Assembly (NCBI GenBank): GCA_000004985.1
Contig: GG738901.1
Length of the DNA: 64,000 nucleotides
Origin: Naegleria gruberi
Lineage: Eukaryota
Direction: 5' to 3' (one strand)
The notes beneath the pieces are model-generated. The model was given only the letters and a program-made list of their open reading frames with translations. It had not been told where the DNA came from and made no database searches. Shown here one piece after another: positions 40,838-53,591 of this stretch. The position numbers and the translations under genes are program-made. Positions within the stretch are counted from its first letter, which is position 1. Each line of letters opens with the position of its first letter.

Positions 40838-42920
40838 ATTGAAAAATGGTGTGTGTATTGAATACTCGTTGTTGTTATTGTTAGATTCTGAATCTCTAAC
40901 TAATTTGATCAAACTAAACAATATTGGAGATTGGGTAAAGAACAGCAGATGATGCCTATTATCTTTGGATCAGCCTATTTACTATTGAAGATGCTTCTTT
41001 CAGATTTCTCTTCTCGAAAGAGTCTAGTAGTGTTTGTTGATGTATTCTGAAAAAAGGCTTGTTTCTGATCACTACGCGTAGTATAATAACGTGGTTTTGA
41101 GAGTGGAATCTTGGCGCTTTTTTTTGATAATAATGTAATACTACACTGAGCGAAGTTTTTACTTTGTGTTCATTCTGATTCAGAATCTTTGTTGGCTCAA
41201 CTTGATTTTGTGATAATAATTGTGGGCGAATCATCCCAATACAAAACATTGTCATTTGGCATCAAGAGTGATTGAATCTCTTAAGAAAATTTAATTGGTT
41301 TTTTAACTTGCTTTTTTGGCATGACATTCGATAGCAAGTATTTAAATGGTGAAAAACCTTCCTGCATAGAATTAATGTTACACGTTGAGGATTTACATGA
41401 AATTGATTCAAAAATTAATTAATTGGTTGGAATAAATTCTATCAGGAATCAAACGAGTCAATTATGGAGGTGTTGAACAAAATATGCTTTCATATGGACT
41501 ATCAATAACCATTTACAATATTTTCATCAATTTGAAATGATGATGGAGAATGAGAATACAATAATAAGGAGATATGCAGAGTGCTGTATTTTGTATAATC
41601 AAATTCCGATCATTACGAAAGGAGAGAATATCAATTGGTGTCATTTCAAAACACATTGCAGCAATTCAGTTTGGAACCCTTTAGCTTTTCATTCTTTTTT
41701 TTTGATTTACAGTTTTTCAAACCTTTCTTTGGGTTTCAGAATTTGTACAATGGCTATTGATTCAAGGTTTGAAGAAATATTGAGGGAAGCGTTCTTAAAT
41801 TCTTGATTGGATTTGAAAGTGTAATAAACTTCAAACTTCAGTTTTTTGAAAATGGTCCCTTTATAATATGAATATCTACCTCCTTTTTCAATACTATTTA
41901 ATTTCAACACCCAATGTATCACCAACACAAAATGAATACTTTACAACAATTATGAACTTGTTCAGAGAATCAATACTGTAATTTTATCTTATTATTTGGC
42001 ACTGAGGCCAGTTACCTGCGGAACTGGTAATATCAATTAGTTTGTTCAAGAACCATTGACTAATAACTTGGCGATATTTACCCCTTACCAGCAAAGAACC
42101 TTTGGATGAATTCTTGCTTAAATTCTTTGTATTTTGACTGAAACCAAGATTAATCTATTTTAATAAAAACTTCCATTTTTCCTCTGTGTGAGGTCTTTAT
42201 CTTGCCGAATCAACAAGATCGTACTCATTACAAGCTGGTTTTCATATACTCCTCGATTGGAGTAATTTTTTCAATTGATGTTATTCTTTCTTATCAATTT
42301 CCTGTAAAAACTTTGCAGTGAAGTCAGAACGTGACGGTAAGAAGAAGGTGAATCTTTTTAAGAATAAAAAACAAAAGTTTGCGATTCACGCAAAAAAAAT
42401 AACTAGAAAAAGGTTCGTACCGCTTGCCCTTTGAGTTTTGCTTAATATTCTCTGCTGTTATTTGTTGTTATTGTTGTTTTGTTGTGTATTTTAAATGTGT
42501 TGATGTTACTATGATGTTGTTTTATGTGATTTTTTACTTGTTATTTTGTTGTTGGATTGATGATCTAATTATTTAATATACTATTGATGATTAATCCCCT
42601 TGTTGTGGATTTTACTATTTGATAACCTACCACTTTGCCACCAACATAATCACTACATTATATTTACTACTCTCTTCATCAAATCTACTCCTACTAACAA
42701 CTTGTAACCGCTAAAATAACTATAATTATAACCACCAACACACAATCAACAACATCTATCTGTTCAATATCCGATCTGTTGATAATATTATTATTGTTCC
42801 ATACAAATTGTATAATTGGTGAATATTTTCAAACTCATCAATTTTCCCACTTGTTATTTTTGTTATTATTGGATGGCCATCCATCTTGATGATGATCAAA
42901 TTGTATACAATTAATAACAG

Positions 42921-43458
42921 ATGGGTCTTAGACACGCCGTTCCAACCAAGGATACTCACTATGATGAATCCGAAGATATCTACTGTGTTTGTGTAGGTAT
43001 GCAAGGAAGCAGACCAGAAATGGAAGATGCTCACTGCTTGAGACTTGATATTCAAAACGATTTGAAGACACTCAAACAAAAGCCACACCAATACAAATCA
43101 TTGAACTTCTTTGGTGTATTTGACGGTCACGCTGGAGCTGAAGCCTCCAAGTTCTGTGCTGATAATATTCTTAGTGTTGTTGATGAACATTTGGAAAAGT
43201 CATCAAACTTGGAACTCTCAGACGAATTGATTACTGCTGCCTACTTGGCCCTTGATGAAAAGTTAAAAACTTATATGGAAAAGGTTCAAGGAATTAGCCC
43301 ATTCAATGGAAGTGGTTCAACTGGTATAACTTGTTTTGTCAAGGTTGCCGATTGTGATGTTGAAGCAATTTGTGCCAACGTTGGTGACTCTCGTTGTATC
43401 ATGTACCACAATGGAAAGACTATTGAAATGTCTTTCGATCAAAAGCCAATGAACGAAA
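42921..43458 (+). CDS. PP2C-family Ser/Thr phosphatase, exon 1
   Basis: It contains the EDAH motif, FFGVFDGHAG and the G1 box VGDSR. The donor GTAAGT is at 43459. Confidence 0.85.
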
Positions 43459-43498
43459 GTAAGTTTAAAATTCTCACAATAATACTAAATAATAATAG

Positions 43499-44211
43499 TT
43501 GAAAAGAAGAGAATTGAAGCTGCTGATTGTACTGTCACTATGAATCGTGTTAATGGTAATCTTGCTGTTGCACGTGCTTTTGGTGATTTCCGTTATAAGG
43601 GTAATGAAAAGAAGAAGGCTGAAGATCAAGCTGTTTGTTGTGTTCCAGAAATTATCAGACAAAAGATGGACGGATTCACTAAAGGAAATAAGACTTCTCC
43701 AAGTTTCTTGATCTTGGCTTGTGATGGTTTGTGGGATAAATTCACAAATGAAGAAGCTGCTTTATATGTCAAACAACAATTGGAAAAGTATGATATTTTC
43801 AATGAAACTGAAATTTCTAGTGATTTGATGCAACCAATTAAGATTACCTGGTTGAACAAGAAGGTTGACGAATGGGATGCTGCTGATGTTGAAGGATGGA
43901 TTGAAAGTTTAGGTGTACCATATAACAATTATTTCTTAAGCAAGTTCAGAAATGGTACTGACCTTAAGCAAATCATGTTACAAGAAGATAAGTTCAATCG
44001 TTTGAAGGAAACTTTAAGACATGTTTCAAACTTTGTAGATGAATTCAGAAAGAAGTTCATGGAAAGAAATGAAATACAAGAAAAGCCAAAGACAGTGCCA
44101 AAGACAACTCGTGAAAAGTTGATCCATTTGACTGAACGTATGGTTGACTATGCAGTTTTTGAAAAGAGAAGTGATGACAACGTTTCCGTGGCCATTATTT
44201 TGTTCAAGTAA
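43499..44211 (+). CDS. PP2C-family Ser/Thr phosphatase, exon 2
   Basis: The 40-nt intron 43459..43498 is followed by ..RVNGNLAVARAFGD..ACDGLWD..DNVSVAIILF, the conserved PP2C motifs. Confidence 0.85.
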
Positions 44212-45148
44212 ATTCCCTCCCTCTATAAATTTATTTAAAATTTCTCCTTACTAGTCCTTTGATTGTTATCTTTGAAATGAACTGTGCATTTCGACGGAAG
44301 GTCCATTACTGTTATTCAATTTATTATTTGATAAATATTTAAAATTGGCAATAGATAGAAAGAAATGGAATTGTGCGTAAGTTAAGATTTTTTGACCTCC
44401 TTCAAGTACAGCTACTACTGTTCGAATAGAACTCGAAGTAATATTGTAAATCATTTAGATGTTGTTTCTAAACAAAGAGTTTTTACAATTTCACGTGACT
44501 TGCGCCCTGCAATCCTTTAATTCATGGATTAAAAATCTCAGAAAACGAATTTGAAAATGCTTCCCAAATACAGAGAAGAAATCTTAAAGATTTGATTCAT
44601 CTCTATTATCATCTCACCAATAATGAAACACATGAATGTTCTGATTGTTCTCTATATATTTGAATGAACACTTTTACAATTCATCTACAGTTTGTTTCAT
44701 TAAGAATCCATTAAACAAATGCATGAAATAACATGTTTGGCAACAAGCTCACCTTTCGATTCAGAACTCAGAAACCTGGTACGAGATATTGCCATATCAA
44801 TACCATCCACATACAATGAACCACGTACATTCGATATTCAAAGCAGTTCACGACTCACACGACAAGTAACCAAACTCTCATGCTTTCATAAAAATTAAAC
44901 ATTGTTACTTATTGCCGAAACAATAAACCTTTCCATTTATTTATCTTACCTTCTAAAAAATGTTTAATATTGACTCTTGGCTAGAAATCTTCCTGGTTAA
45001 ATGGATGAATTTCATCGGGAGCTCTGACGTCTGTCAATCATGTCTTATAATATGGCCAACACCGAGCATTCCACTAAATGTGCGTTAGAAATACAATTTG
45101 AGAAGGAGGTAAACTTCATAGGACCAATTCACAACTAAGAAATAATAC

Positions 45149-45727
45149 ATGCTTTATGATTCAACAGGTTTTTCACATTCAAAACAAATACAACAATTAA
45201 ATTATTCCAAATATCTATTCGAAAGTATGACCTTCACAATTATTACACAATTTGAAAGTGATAGAACATTTGCTACTGTCACAGAAACAGTTGATTCGCA
45301 AGAAGAATCCGTGCAGAGCCAGGATTCTTTTGACCTTTCTAATAACTTTGCCTTGTCATCTAATAATGTTTCCAATAACCACACCTATAGCCAACAAGAA
45401 CAATCTGAAAATGCATCATCGCCTTCGTCTCCAAGAGGTATCACCAAGAAGAAGCGAAAGAATTCAAAGAATTCTGTGGTGGTTGATTTTCCATCAGTAA
45501 TCACAACTGTTTCGAATAACAATAATTCAACCAACACCACTCCAACACAACAAACTTCTTCCTCCTCCTCACAATACCAAGACGATATGTGGATGCAAGG
45601 TGTTTTATTCCAATTCAAAAACTCTTGTCTCTGTTCTTCATATTCGTCCAGTTATTCGATAAAACAAACAAAGAAACCAAGTAGCAATCCAACATCGGTG
45701 CTCGTTTCGAATAGAAGAACAATTTAA
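45149..45727 (+). CDS. Hypothetical Ser/Asn-rich protein
   Basis: The only support is an ORF from an ATG; composition is low-complexity. Confidence 0.25.
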   Translation: MLYDSTGFSHSKQIQQLNYSKYLFESMTFTIITQFESDRTFATVTETVDSQEESVQSQDSFDLSNNFALSSNNVSNNHTYSQQEQSENASSPSSPRGITKKKRKNSKNSVVVDFPSVITTVSNNNNSTNTTPTQQTSSSSSQYQDDMWMQGVLFQFKNSCLCSSYSSSYSIKQTKKPSSNPTSVLVSNRRTI

Positions 45728-46029
45728 TAATAATCGGTTGAAATCCTACTTTAAAATTTAGCAAAATAGAGCTTTACGAGTCAACGAGCTCTAAAATTAT
45801 TCACATTCACACAAACTACTACTACTACTATTAGAAAATAAACATTTCTATTAGAATTCTTCAAAATTGATGTTGTGAGAGTTTTGTAATGGATTGGCGG
45901 TATCTTAATATTCAAAATTGATCATGTAGAAAATCTTCTTTGTTGTGTATTTGTTGTAAGGTAAGGTCTTTAAATATTTAAAGAAAAATAAGAAAAATTC
46001 AAGAAAAAAATTGAAAAATTTAAAAAAAA

Positions 46030-47208
46030 ATGAAAAGAAAAATCGATCAACTTTTAAGCGTATTCTCAAAAAAGAAGAAAAAGGAAGAAAAATCATCGGA
46101 CGAACAAGCAAATTCATCAACAGGAAGCAATGAATTAAGATTTGAAGCCAATAATTACGAGAGTTGTATCGGAACACTTTGCGATACGAAAATTGTTTTG
46201 AATATCATGAAGTTTTTGGAGGTGAATGAAATTTTGTTTAATATTTGTTGTACTTCTCAGAGTAAGGATAATAGTAGAGAGGAATATAATTTGGATATTA
46301 AACCATTATATTTGGTTTGCAAATTTTGGTTCAAAATTATTCAATCGGAGGAATTTTCAAGAAATTACTTGTTAATTTATCATAATTTGGTGAATCATCG
46401 AAGAATTAAATTGTTTAATATGAGTGAGATGGATCTTACATTGGAAAAGATTGAGAATGTTTATAAACAAGCTCGATTGACTCTGATTCAAGACGGAGAC
46501 GAACCAATTTCACAAGATTTCTATCAAAGATTAATGATGCTGAGAGGAAGATTGATTCTTCACAATTCGAATGAATATTTGGAATATTTAACAAGAAAGG
46601 TTGCTGATATTACTAGGAGAAACAAGATTACTGCCAAGAAGAATGTTAAAGATTGGACAGAACCTTTCGATGATTTGAACGAATTTATAGAAATGATTTC
46701 ACAAAATTCACATAATAATCATGCAAGAATGAGTTTTGCAAGTAATCTCTACACTCAATTTCTCAATTTAGGATATGCAGGAGATTGTGAAAATCCAATT
46801 GAAGATCCAGAAGTGCAACAAATATTCAAACATTTAAGAAAGTGGAAACTCTCATGTTTGATAACACAGTCATCAAGGGAAATTTTGGAAATGAGATTTT
46901 CAAATTCCTTGTTTTGTACCTTTGAAAATGATAATTTGAGAGAATATGTTTTATTCAGAGATGATGGAGAGCCTTTAAAGTTGACCTCTAACAATGAAGG
47001 AATTATGATTAATGAAGTTTTCCTATTGAAAGTTGTGGAGGATAGAAAGGAAGGAGAGGACATGTTCTATCTCAACAAGTCATTCCCATACAATGATTTT
47101 CTAGGCTACACTCCAAACCAAGACGAAAAGGAATTCATTTTGAGCTTTTTCACATTCTTTGCCACAAATGGCCTTGTTTCTAATGGTGATGAAGATGAAA
47201 GTGATTAA
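46030..47208 (+). CDS. Hypothetical protein with F-box-like region
   Basis: The ATG is at 46030. The segment IVLNIMKFLEVNEILFNICCTSQ...LVCKFWFKIIQSEEF is F-box-like. Confidence 0.5.
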   Translation: MKRKIDQLLSVFSKKKKKEEKSSDEQANSSTGSNELRFEANNYESCIGTLCDTKIVLNIMKFLEVNEILFNICCTSQSKDNSREEYNLDIKPLYLVCKFWFKIIQSEEFSRNYLLIYHNLVNHRRIKLFNMSEMDLTLEKIENVYKQARLTLIQDGDEPISQDFYQRLMMLRGRLILHNSNEYLEYLTRKVADITRRNKITAKKNVKDWTEPFDDLNEFIEMISQNSHNNHARMSFASNLYTQFLNLGYAGDCENPIEDPEVQQIFKHLRKWKLSCLITQSSREILEMRFSNSLFCTFENDNLREYVLFRDDGEPLKLTSNNEGIMINEVFLLKVVEDRKEGEDMFYLNKSFPYNDFLGYTPNQDEKEFILSFFTFFATNGLVSNGDEDESD

Positions 47209-47279
47209 AATCTTGATGTTCTTTCAAAATTCTTTCCAATATTCTTTCAACTGACAAAAAACAAATGAGAAATAATTAT

Positions 47280-47559
47280 TTATTTTAACAAGGAAGAGTC
47301 ATACTGATCTCTAGTTTCTAAAATCTTGTACTTATTTTCTAGAGGACATTCGCCTCCACTTACAGTATCCAAAGAGAATCGATGGATGTAACCATCAAAG
47401 CTTACTACTACAAGTGCATCATTATTTGGAGTAATTCCACAAATATTTCTTGTTTCGTTTTCTGGTAATTTTACAGAAGCATGAGCAAAGTTACGGACAC
47501 TATCCCACATGTTGTGAAGAGTGTCACTAATTGATCCAACATTTTGTGTTCTCTTCTTT
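47280..47559 (-). CDS. WIPI/Atg18-family PROPPIN (WD40), exon 3
   Basis: The 47-nt intron 47560..47606 (GTAAGT...TTCAG) joins ...NQNQEKD|EKKRTQNVG... in frame. Confidence 0.8.
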
Positions 47560-47606
47560 CTGAATAATAAATTAAATATTTAAATATATTATCATGCAAA
47601 ACTTAC

Positions 47607-48285
47607 TCGTCCTTTTCTTGATTTTGATTCAATTTAAAAACGTGAACGGTTCCCTTGTCACTTGAAACACAAACCATTGAAGAATCTGAAGAAAATGAAA
47701 TACTATAAATACGAGCTGCTGTTGAACCTCTTCTCAAGGTATGCAATAGTTCACATCCTGGAATTGAGAAAATTCTAATCACAGTACCCTTTCCTGATGC
47801 TGTTGCAAGCATGGTACCATCTTGATTGAATTGTATTATTGATACGTCACTCTTATGGGCTTTGATAAAGTTGACTTGTTTAGGGTTGATGGCATCGTAG
47901 AGAATAACATCTCCGGACTCTGTTGGTGATGGATATGCCATATAACTAACGTCATTCTTTCCTCCACTGACTCCTGTTGGTGTAGATGAAGGTATGCTAG
48001 AAAGTACACACAATCCTAAATTGTTTTTTGTTTCAATTGTCCTGAGAATTTTCATAGATGAAATATCAAAGATATGAATCTTATCTTGAAGTACAACTAC
48101 AAGTCTTCTCTTTGATACTTTAACATTTAAAATTGTACTAGTAAAGTTTAGTTCACAAATTGCCTTGTTCTCACTCGAGTTGAAAAGTTGAAGTCTTCTA
48201 GGACTTAAACTTGCTTGATGTCCGGCACCAACAAGAGCTAATAAACTAGAGCTATATAACATTTGTACAAGACTCATTCCTCCAG
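47607..48285 (-). CDS. WIPI/Atg18-family PROPPIN, exon 2 (contains LRRG phosphoinositide-binding motif)
   Basis: CELLHTLRRGSTAARIYSISFS corresponds to the FRRG/LRRG motif of PROPPINs. An acceptor TAG precedes 48285. Confidence 0.8.
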
Positions 48286-48466
48286 CTACATGAATAGTAA
48301 ATTAATAATTAATATATTAGAATATTGGAATGATGATGTGATATATATCATAGTCCATTATTATCATCGTCATCACGATGAGTATGCAAATAATAATAAT
48401 AATACCATCAAATATTAATAATAATAATATGATTAATTAATATCAAAGGAATAATAAAACACGTAC

Positions 48467-48614
48467 GTTGGGAATAGCATTTCTTCAACGGATCCAATGT
48501 AAAGATTTTATATGAACAATCGGTACCAACACTCACACAACTGCAATCTTGATTAAAAGCAGCAAACAAAATCTTCTCCGATCCTCCAGAAATATGATCT
48601 GTTGATGTACTCAT
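48467..48614 (-). CDS. WIPI/Atg18-family PROPPIN, exon 1
   Basis: The ATG is at 48614; the ORF-track start at 48626 is TTG. The donor is C|GTACGT. Intron 1, 48286..48466, is about 181 nt. Confidence 0.75.
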
Positions 48615-49290
48615 ATTTTCGATCAAAATTTAAATTATATATATAAATGAATACTTCTATTAATTACTCTATCAAGCTGTACAAATTCTCCAACAAAAAA
48701 GAAGCACCTCTTAGAGTTGTGTTTTTTAAAATTGTTCAAAGATTGGAACGTTCAAAGTAGAAGCGAAAACCAAGCTTGTGCAAGACTTTGAAATTTTTTA
48801 AAGATTTTGTGAGGAAATGTGATGATTTTGGACGACAAGCGAAATAAAAAGAACAAGAGTTAGTGTGTTGACTGGAAACGTGAGGAAGCCGAAATTGTGT
48901 TAAGGTTCATGAGTCTTAATATTGCTCAATAATTGGTCAGCTTGATGATGATTTGAAATAATAATTTTAAAAAATTGAAATATTTATTATAATAATTGTA
49001 AATTGTGTTGATTATTATAAAGCTTATTAACCATTCGGAGATGAGAATGGAGAAATGAAGAAGATTAACACTTTCGGATGAAATAATTGTATCGTGATGG
49101 GTAAGAAAAGATTTTTTGGTAAGGCAAATAATTGTTTCTTTTCAAATATTGATTTTGTCGCATCATTAAAAACAAAAAGCCTTCTCATCATCAACTCATG
49201 ACAGTTGACCTTTTCTAAATCTTTGGATATTCCTCTACCCTAACATTATCTTTTTTGCTTTTATCAATACTACTTCGGAGGAGAGAGAAG

Positions 49291-50273
49291 ATGAATTTTC
49301 ATATCGTTCTCTTACTCTTGTTGGTCATCATTAATTTGATGATATTTTCATCATCGGCTCTTGCAACGCTTTCCCTTGGACCAGAAGAAGCAAATGAAAA
49401 AGCAACAAGAACATCATTCATTCCAAATAATAATAATAATAATAACAACTTTGCTAGAGAACAACAGCTGAAACAACGTAGAAGGTTTCTTATTAACAAT
49501 GATCCAATTTATGGGAAATTAAATTCATATTTCCATGAGGAGGAAACAAGAGCCTTGGCGACTACTAGATATTCAACAACAACAACTTCAGTGAATGGAG
49601 AGTTCTTTTCGAATATTAGAGAAGAGCAAGAACAGTCGTCTGGTGTTCTCTCATCATCAGCAACACGGAATGTTCATAAAGAAAATAATGTAAATAATCA
49701 AACAAGAGGTTATGATAGAAGATTCGCTAGGGAACAATTGATGGTCGAAGAAGTATCTGCTACTGTATCATTATATGATTCGGCTGCTGTGACTGCTAAA
49801 GCAAGCATTCCTACAGTTTATCTATTCGAAAGTTTGGATGAGACAAGTGAAAATAATACATGCACAAGTGTGAATTCTCCTTGTAAGAATTGGACCATGG
49901 CTGTGAATAAGGTATTCTCTTTGTGTGAAGCCTCTGTTAGCAAATTGCCCTCTAAAACTGTTAACAGTTGTGAGGCAAAAATTGAATTATTAAGTGGAGT
50001 GAATAGTTGTGAAGGAGTTATTCCACAACTTTTATTATATCAAATCAAAATTTCAATTTATAGTAGTACAGCTCAATATAAGATGATATGTGGAGGAAAT
50101 ACCTTGTCACTTTTTGGAAATTTATTGACTGGTGTTTCAGATGCCTCAAATGTTTCACTCTCATTCAATAATATTGGCTTGACAAATGTGGTTTTTATAT
50201 TTTCTTCATTTGGAGAAGTTTCTTTCAATGGAACTAAACTAGATGGTGTGTTTTTCAATACCACTATCATTTC
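49291..50273 (+). CDS. Receptor-like protein kinase, exon 1 (signal peptide, N-terminal ectodomain)
   Basis: The ATG is at 49291 (MNFHIVLLLLLVIINLMIFSSSALA). The donor GTAAGT is at 50274. The 62-nt intron ends CCTTAG at 50335. Confidence 0.75.
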
Positions 50274-50335
50274 GTAAGTTTTCTTTCAGTATATATGAAT
50301 TGCAACTTATTTCTTGATAATTTAAATAACCTTAG

Positions 50336-52292
50336 AAGGTTCACCCTCAGCAAATCTTACGCTTCAGATTTGTACTTGGCTCAATTTTTTACCAAATTCT
50401 CACCAATTTCAACAGATTTTCTAACACTACAACAATCAATTTTGGAATATTGCTATTTTTCTGTAACATCAAGGGCAATAGATATAAAATCAAATACCAT
50501 GACCAATATTCGGATGACTTTTGATGCTCTTAGTAGAGTAGTAATAAGAGATAGCTCATTTTCTGATAGTACAGTACTCATTTCATCGAGTGATTTGTTG
50601 ATTGGTACAGGTTTTGCAGAATTTTCATTCTATATCGTAAATATTAGCTTTTCGAGATCGAGCTTAATTGTCACCTATTATAGAAATGGAAGAGCTCTTG
50701 TCTCTTCAAAACTTTATGTGATTGGATGCAATTTTTCTGGAAAAGCGCCATATTATCAAGTATCAGTAGTTGACTTTACAACAATAACTATTGATAATTG
50801 TATATTTAATGGACTCAATACCTATTCAGAATATAGTGCCCTCTCAATCAAGTCATACTATTCTAAAACTGAGGCAGAAATAACCAGTACAACTTTTAGC
50901 AATTATTATTCAAAAGCCTCAGGTGCAGCTCTTAATATTTATGGTGTTGAAATTGGATACATAGCCGATTGTATATTCAAGAATAACACAGCCCTCGATA
51001 ATGGTAAGTATGAAATTGTAATTAATAATATTAATTGTGCTTTTAATATAGGCGGAGCACTAACAATTGACAGAGTTGGATTAGCAACTGTTCAATACTG
51101 TAAATTTGTGGAAAACAAGTTTGAGAGTAAGAGAGAAAGTCAATTCTTTTCATATGGTGGAGGTGCATTATATGTTTACAAGTCATTTATTGAATTAACC
51201 AAGAATTTATTCACTAAAAATTCAGCTAATGGACTAGGTGGTGCTATCATTGTAAATACAGCCTGTAGTGTCAAGACATCAAATGATGTGTTTGATGATA
51301 ATTATTCACTCTATGGAGGAGCTATTGCTTACACAGATTATCAATTGAACGATTGTAGTAATGTAGTTTTCTTTACTTATAATTCTACTTTCATTAATAA
51401 TAAGGCAAAGTATTTTGGAGGATTCTTCTTTGGGAGAAAGTTACCAGTCATGTACTTTGATACTTTTACCAGCTTTAGACTCAATTCAGCACAATTGAGC
51501 GGAGGAGGAATTTATTATTTGGAAAAACCTGCTGCTAAGAAGGTTATTAATGGAGATCCTGAAAAGCTTGGTTTTGGTAATACAGGCATGTACACTAGCT
51601 CAAATATTGAATCATTCCCAACTCGAATGGAGGTATACTCCAAGAGTAGCATGGAATCTCAGAGTGGCGTTCTAACTAATATGCACTTGTTGCTATTGGA
51701 TGAAAACAACCAAACAACTCCATACTTCCCTGGAATGATGGACTTGGAGTTACAAGCTGATGGACTATCTTTTATTGTGACAAAGTTTACTTTTTCCAAC
51801 ACTAGTAGAACTCTCAAGTTGGACTATACTTTTTATTCCAAAACCGCTGAATTTCCATTCCAAAGCAATCTACTATTAATTTTGAGATTGAAAGAATTTG
51901 ATATTGCTCAATATTTTGAGTTCACTGCGACAACATGTAATATTGGTTATTATGTCATTAGAGATGAGGACAATGAAACATTGTACAAGTGTAGCCTTAC
52001 TCTTACGATCACCCTGTCAGCAACTATTGCTGGAATCTTATTGTTATTTATTGGATTTTTAGTAGGATTCTTCTTTTTAAGAATGATTAGAAGAATTACT
52101 ACAATAGTAATGGATTACAAGAAGAAGGAGCTAGCTGAAAAGGAGTTGACTGAAAGATTGATGAGCTATCAAGTCTTATTCGAACATGGAGACGTAGAAT
52201 TGGATGGCTATAAGCAGTGGATGATTCCAGTGAAAGATTTGGAGATTATTTCCAAGATTGGAGAAGGAGCTTACGGAACAGTTTACAAGGCA
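50336..52292 (+). CDS. Receptor-like protein kinase, exon 2 (beta-helix-like repeat ectodomain, TM helix, kinase subdomain I)
   Basis: Repeated GGA(L/I).. and N..A..GGAI motifs suggest parallel beta-helix or polymorphic-membrane-protein-like repeats. The TM helix is TIAGILLLFIGFLVGFFFL. IGEGAYGTVYKA is the Gly-rich loop. Confidence 0.75.
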
Positions 52293-52342
52293 GTATGTTA
52301 TTTTTTATTCTTTCAATGATTATTTAATATTATTTATAATAG

Positions 52343-52659
52343 TTGTGGAAGACCAATGTAGAAGTGGCCATAAAATCCATCAAAGTTGATGAAGATTCAA
52401 TCTCTACTTTTGAACATGAAGCATCTTTATTGAGTAGTTGTAGACACTTGAATATTGTTACATTTTATGGATGTACAATAACTGGAGAAACTAATTATCT
52501 GGTTGAGGAATATATGAGTGGAGGTGGATTAGACAAGATGCTATATCGTGTTGGTAAAGGGCTAATTGCAATGAGTCTCAAACAAAAACTAAGAATTTTG
52601 ATTGATGTGTCTTGTGGAATGAGCTATCTCAATGAACTCAAACCTCCAATTATTCACAG
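52343..52659 (+). CDS. Receptor-like protein kinase, exon 3 (VAIK, hinge, up to HR)
   Basis: It contains VEVAIKSIK and LVEEYMSGGGL and ends in IIHR plus a GTACGT donor. Confidence 0.8.
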
Positions 52660-52704
52660 GTACGTTCAACATTTCAATATTTTAATTTAACAAATTCTAA
52701 TCAG

Positions 52705-52838
52705 AGATTTGAAACCTGAGAATATCCTTCTTACAAGGGACATGGTAGCTAAGGTTTCTGATTTTGGCTTATCTACCATTTCAAATCCTCAGAGAACAAT
52801 GACATGCCAAATTGGCAGTTTATTCTATATGGCTCCAG
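52705..52838 (+). CDS. Receptor-like protein kinase, exon 4 (catalytic loop HRDLKPEN, DFG)
   Basis: It encodes (R)DLKPENILLTRDMVAKVSDFGLS...YMAP. Both flanking introns are 45-47 nt. Confidence 0.8.
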
Positions 52839-52885
52839 GTAAGTTTATTCTTTGGATTATTCATCATTACTGAACTCAAAACCAG

Positions 52886-53346
52886 AACTTTTCAACAGCA
52901 ATTATTACAATGAGAAGTGTGATGTCTACTCCTTCTCAATTGTCATGTGGGAATTATTCTTTGGAACTCGTTATTCATCCTTTGGAGGTGATGCCAATGA
53001 TCGATTCAAATTTTTACTCACAAGAGAACAAATTTTGGAACTTTCCACACTCGCAACCAGTTCAATTGCCTTTGTGTTGAAGAAGGTTGCTGAGGGAACA
53101 AGACTTCCACTCCCAAACAGTACATCTAGTCACCTCAAATGGATTAGAGCTTTCATGCCTGAACATTCCAGTAATGATGAACATTGTAAAGTTATTGTAA
53201 AGGTGGTAGAGAAGTATTTTACTCTGATGGTAGAATGTTGGGATAACGATCACAGCAAGCGTCCTGGATTCAGAGATATTATGTATAGATTGAAGGAAAT
53301 GGTGGATTTGCTTTATTTTGATGAGTGTACAGTGAGAACTTTGTAA
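52886..53346 (+). CDS. Receptor-like protein kinase, exon 5 (APE, C-lobe)
   Basis: It starts (AP)ELFNS..CDVYSFSIVMWELFFG and ends at a stop. Confidence 0.8.
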
Positions 53347-53591
53347 ATTTTGATCATCATCATTAGCCATTGTTGTGGATTATTATACACTGTGAAATCC
53401 AGTTTATCGTGTTATCTCTTGGTTGCTGTTTAGTGATTGGGTTGCTTTCTGTACATTATTCGTTTTCCAAATATGGAAATCAGATAACAGTAACATAGAT
53501 TGTGGTCGACTGGACGCTCGCATTCTTTTGCTTCAATACTCCTCAAAACGCACCGATTATCGTTAACATCACCTCAAAAAAAGTTCGAATA

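Noticed and set aside
41537-41928. Small ORFs (89 and 73 aa) in the 2-kb intergenic interval
   Set aside because: They have no ATG-anchored coding signature, their composition matches the surrounding AT-rich non-coding DNA, and they show no domain similarity.
42688-42694. TACTAAC box (yeast branch-point consensus) in the PP2C upstream region
   Set aside because: It lies about 230 nt upstream of the nearest candidate acceptor, too far to act as that intron's branch point. Confirmed introns here use looser CTAAY motifs 15-25 nt from the AG.
44570-44600. 12-nt match (ATACAGAGAAGA) to the conserved core of U6 snRNA
   Set aside because: The flanks do not continue the U6 sequence (no GATTAGCATGGCCCCTGCGCAAGG), so it is a chance match.
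50274-50289. GTAAGT...TTTCAG pair that would make a 16-nt intron in the kinase gene
   Set aside because: It is too short to splice. The 62-nt intron ending CCTTAG at 50335 restores the frame (…TTII|S RFTLSK…) and matches the size class of every other intron here.
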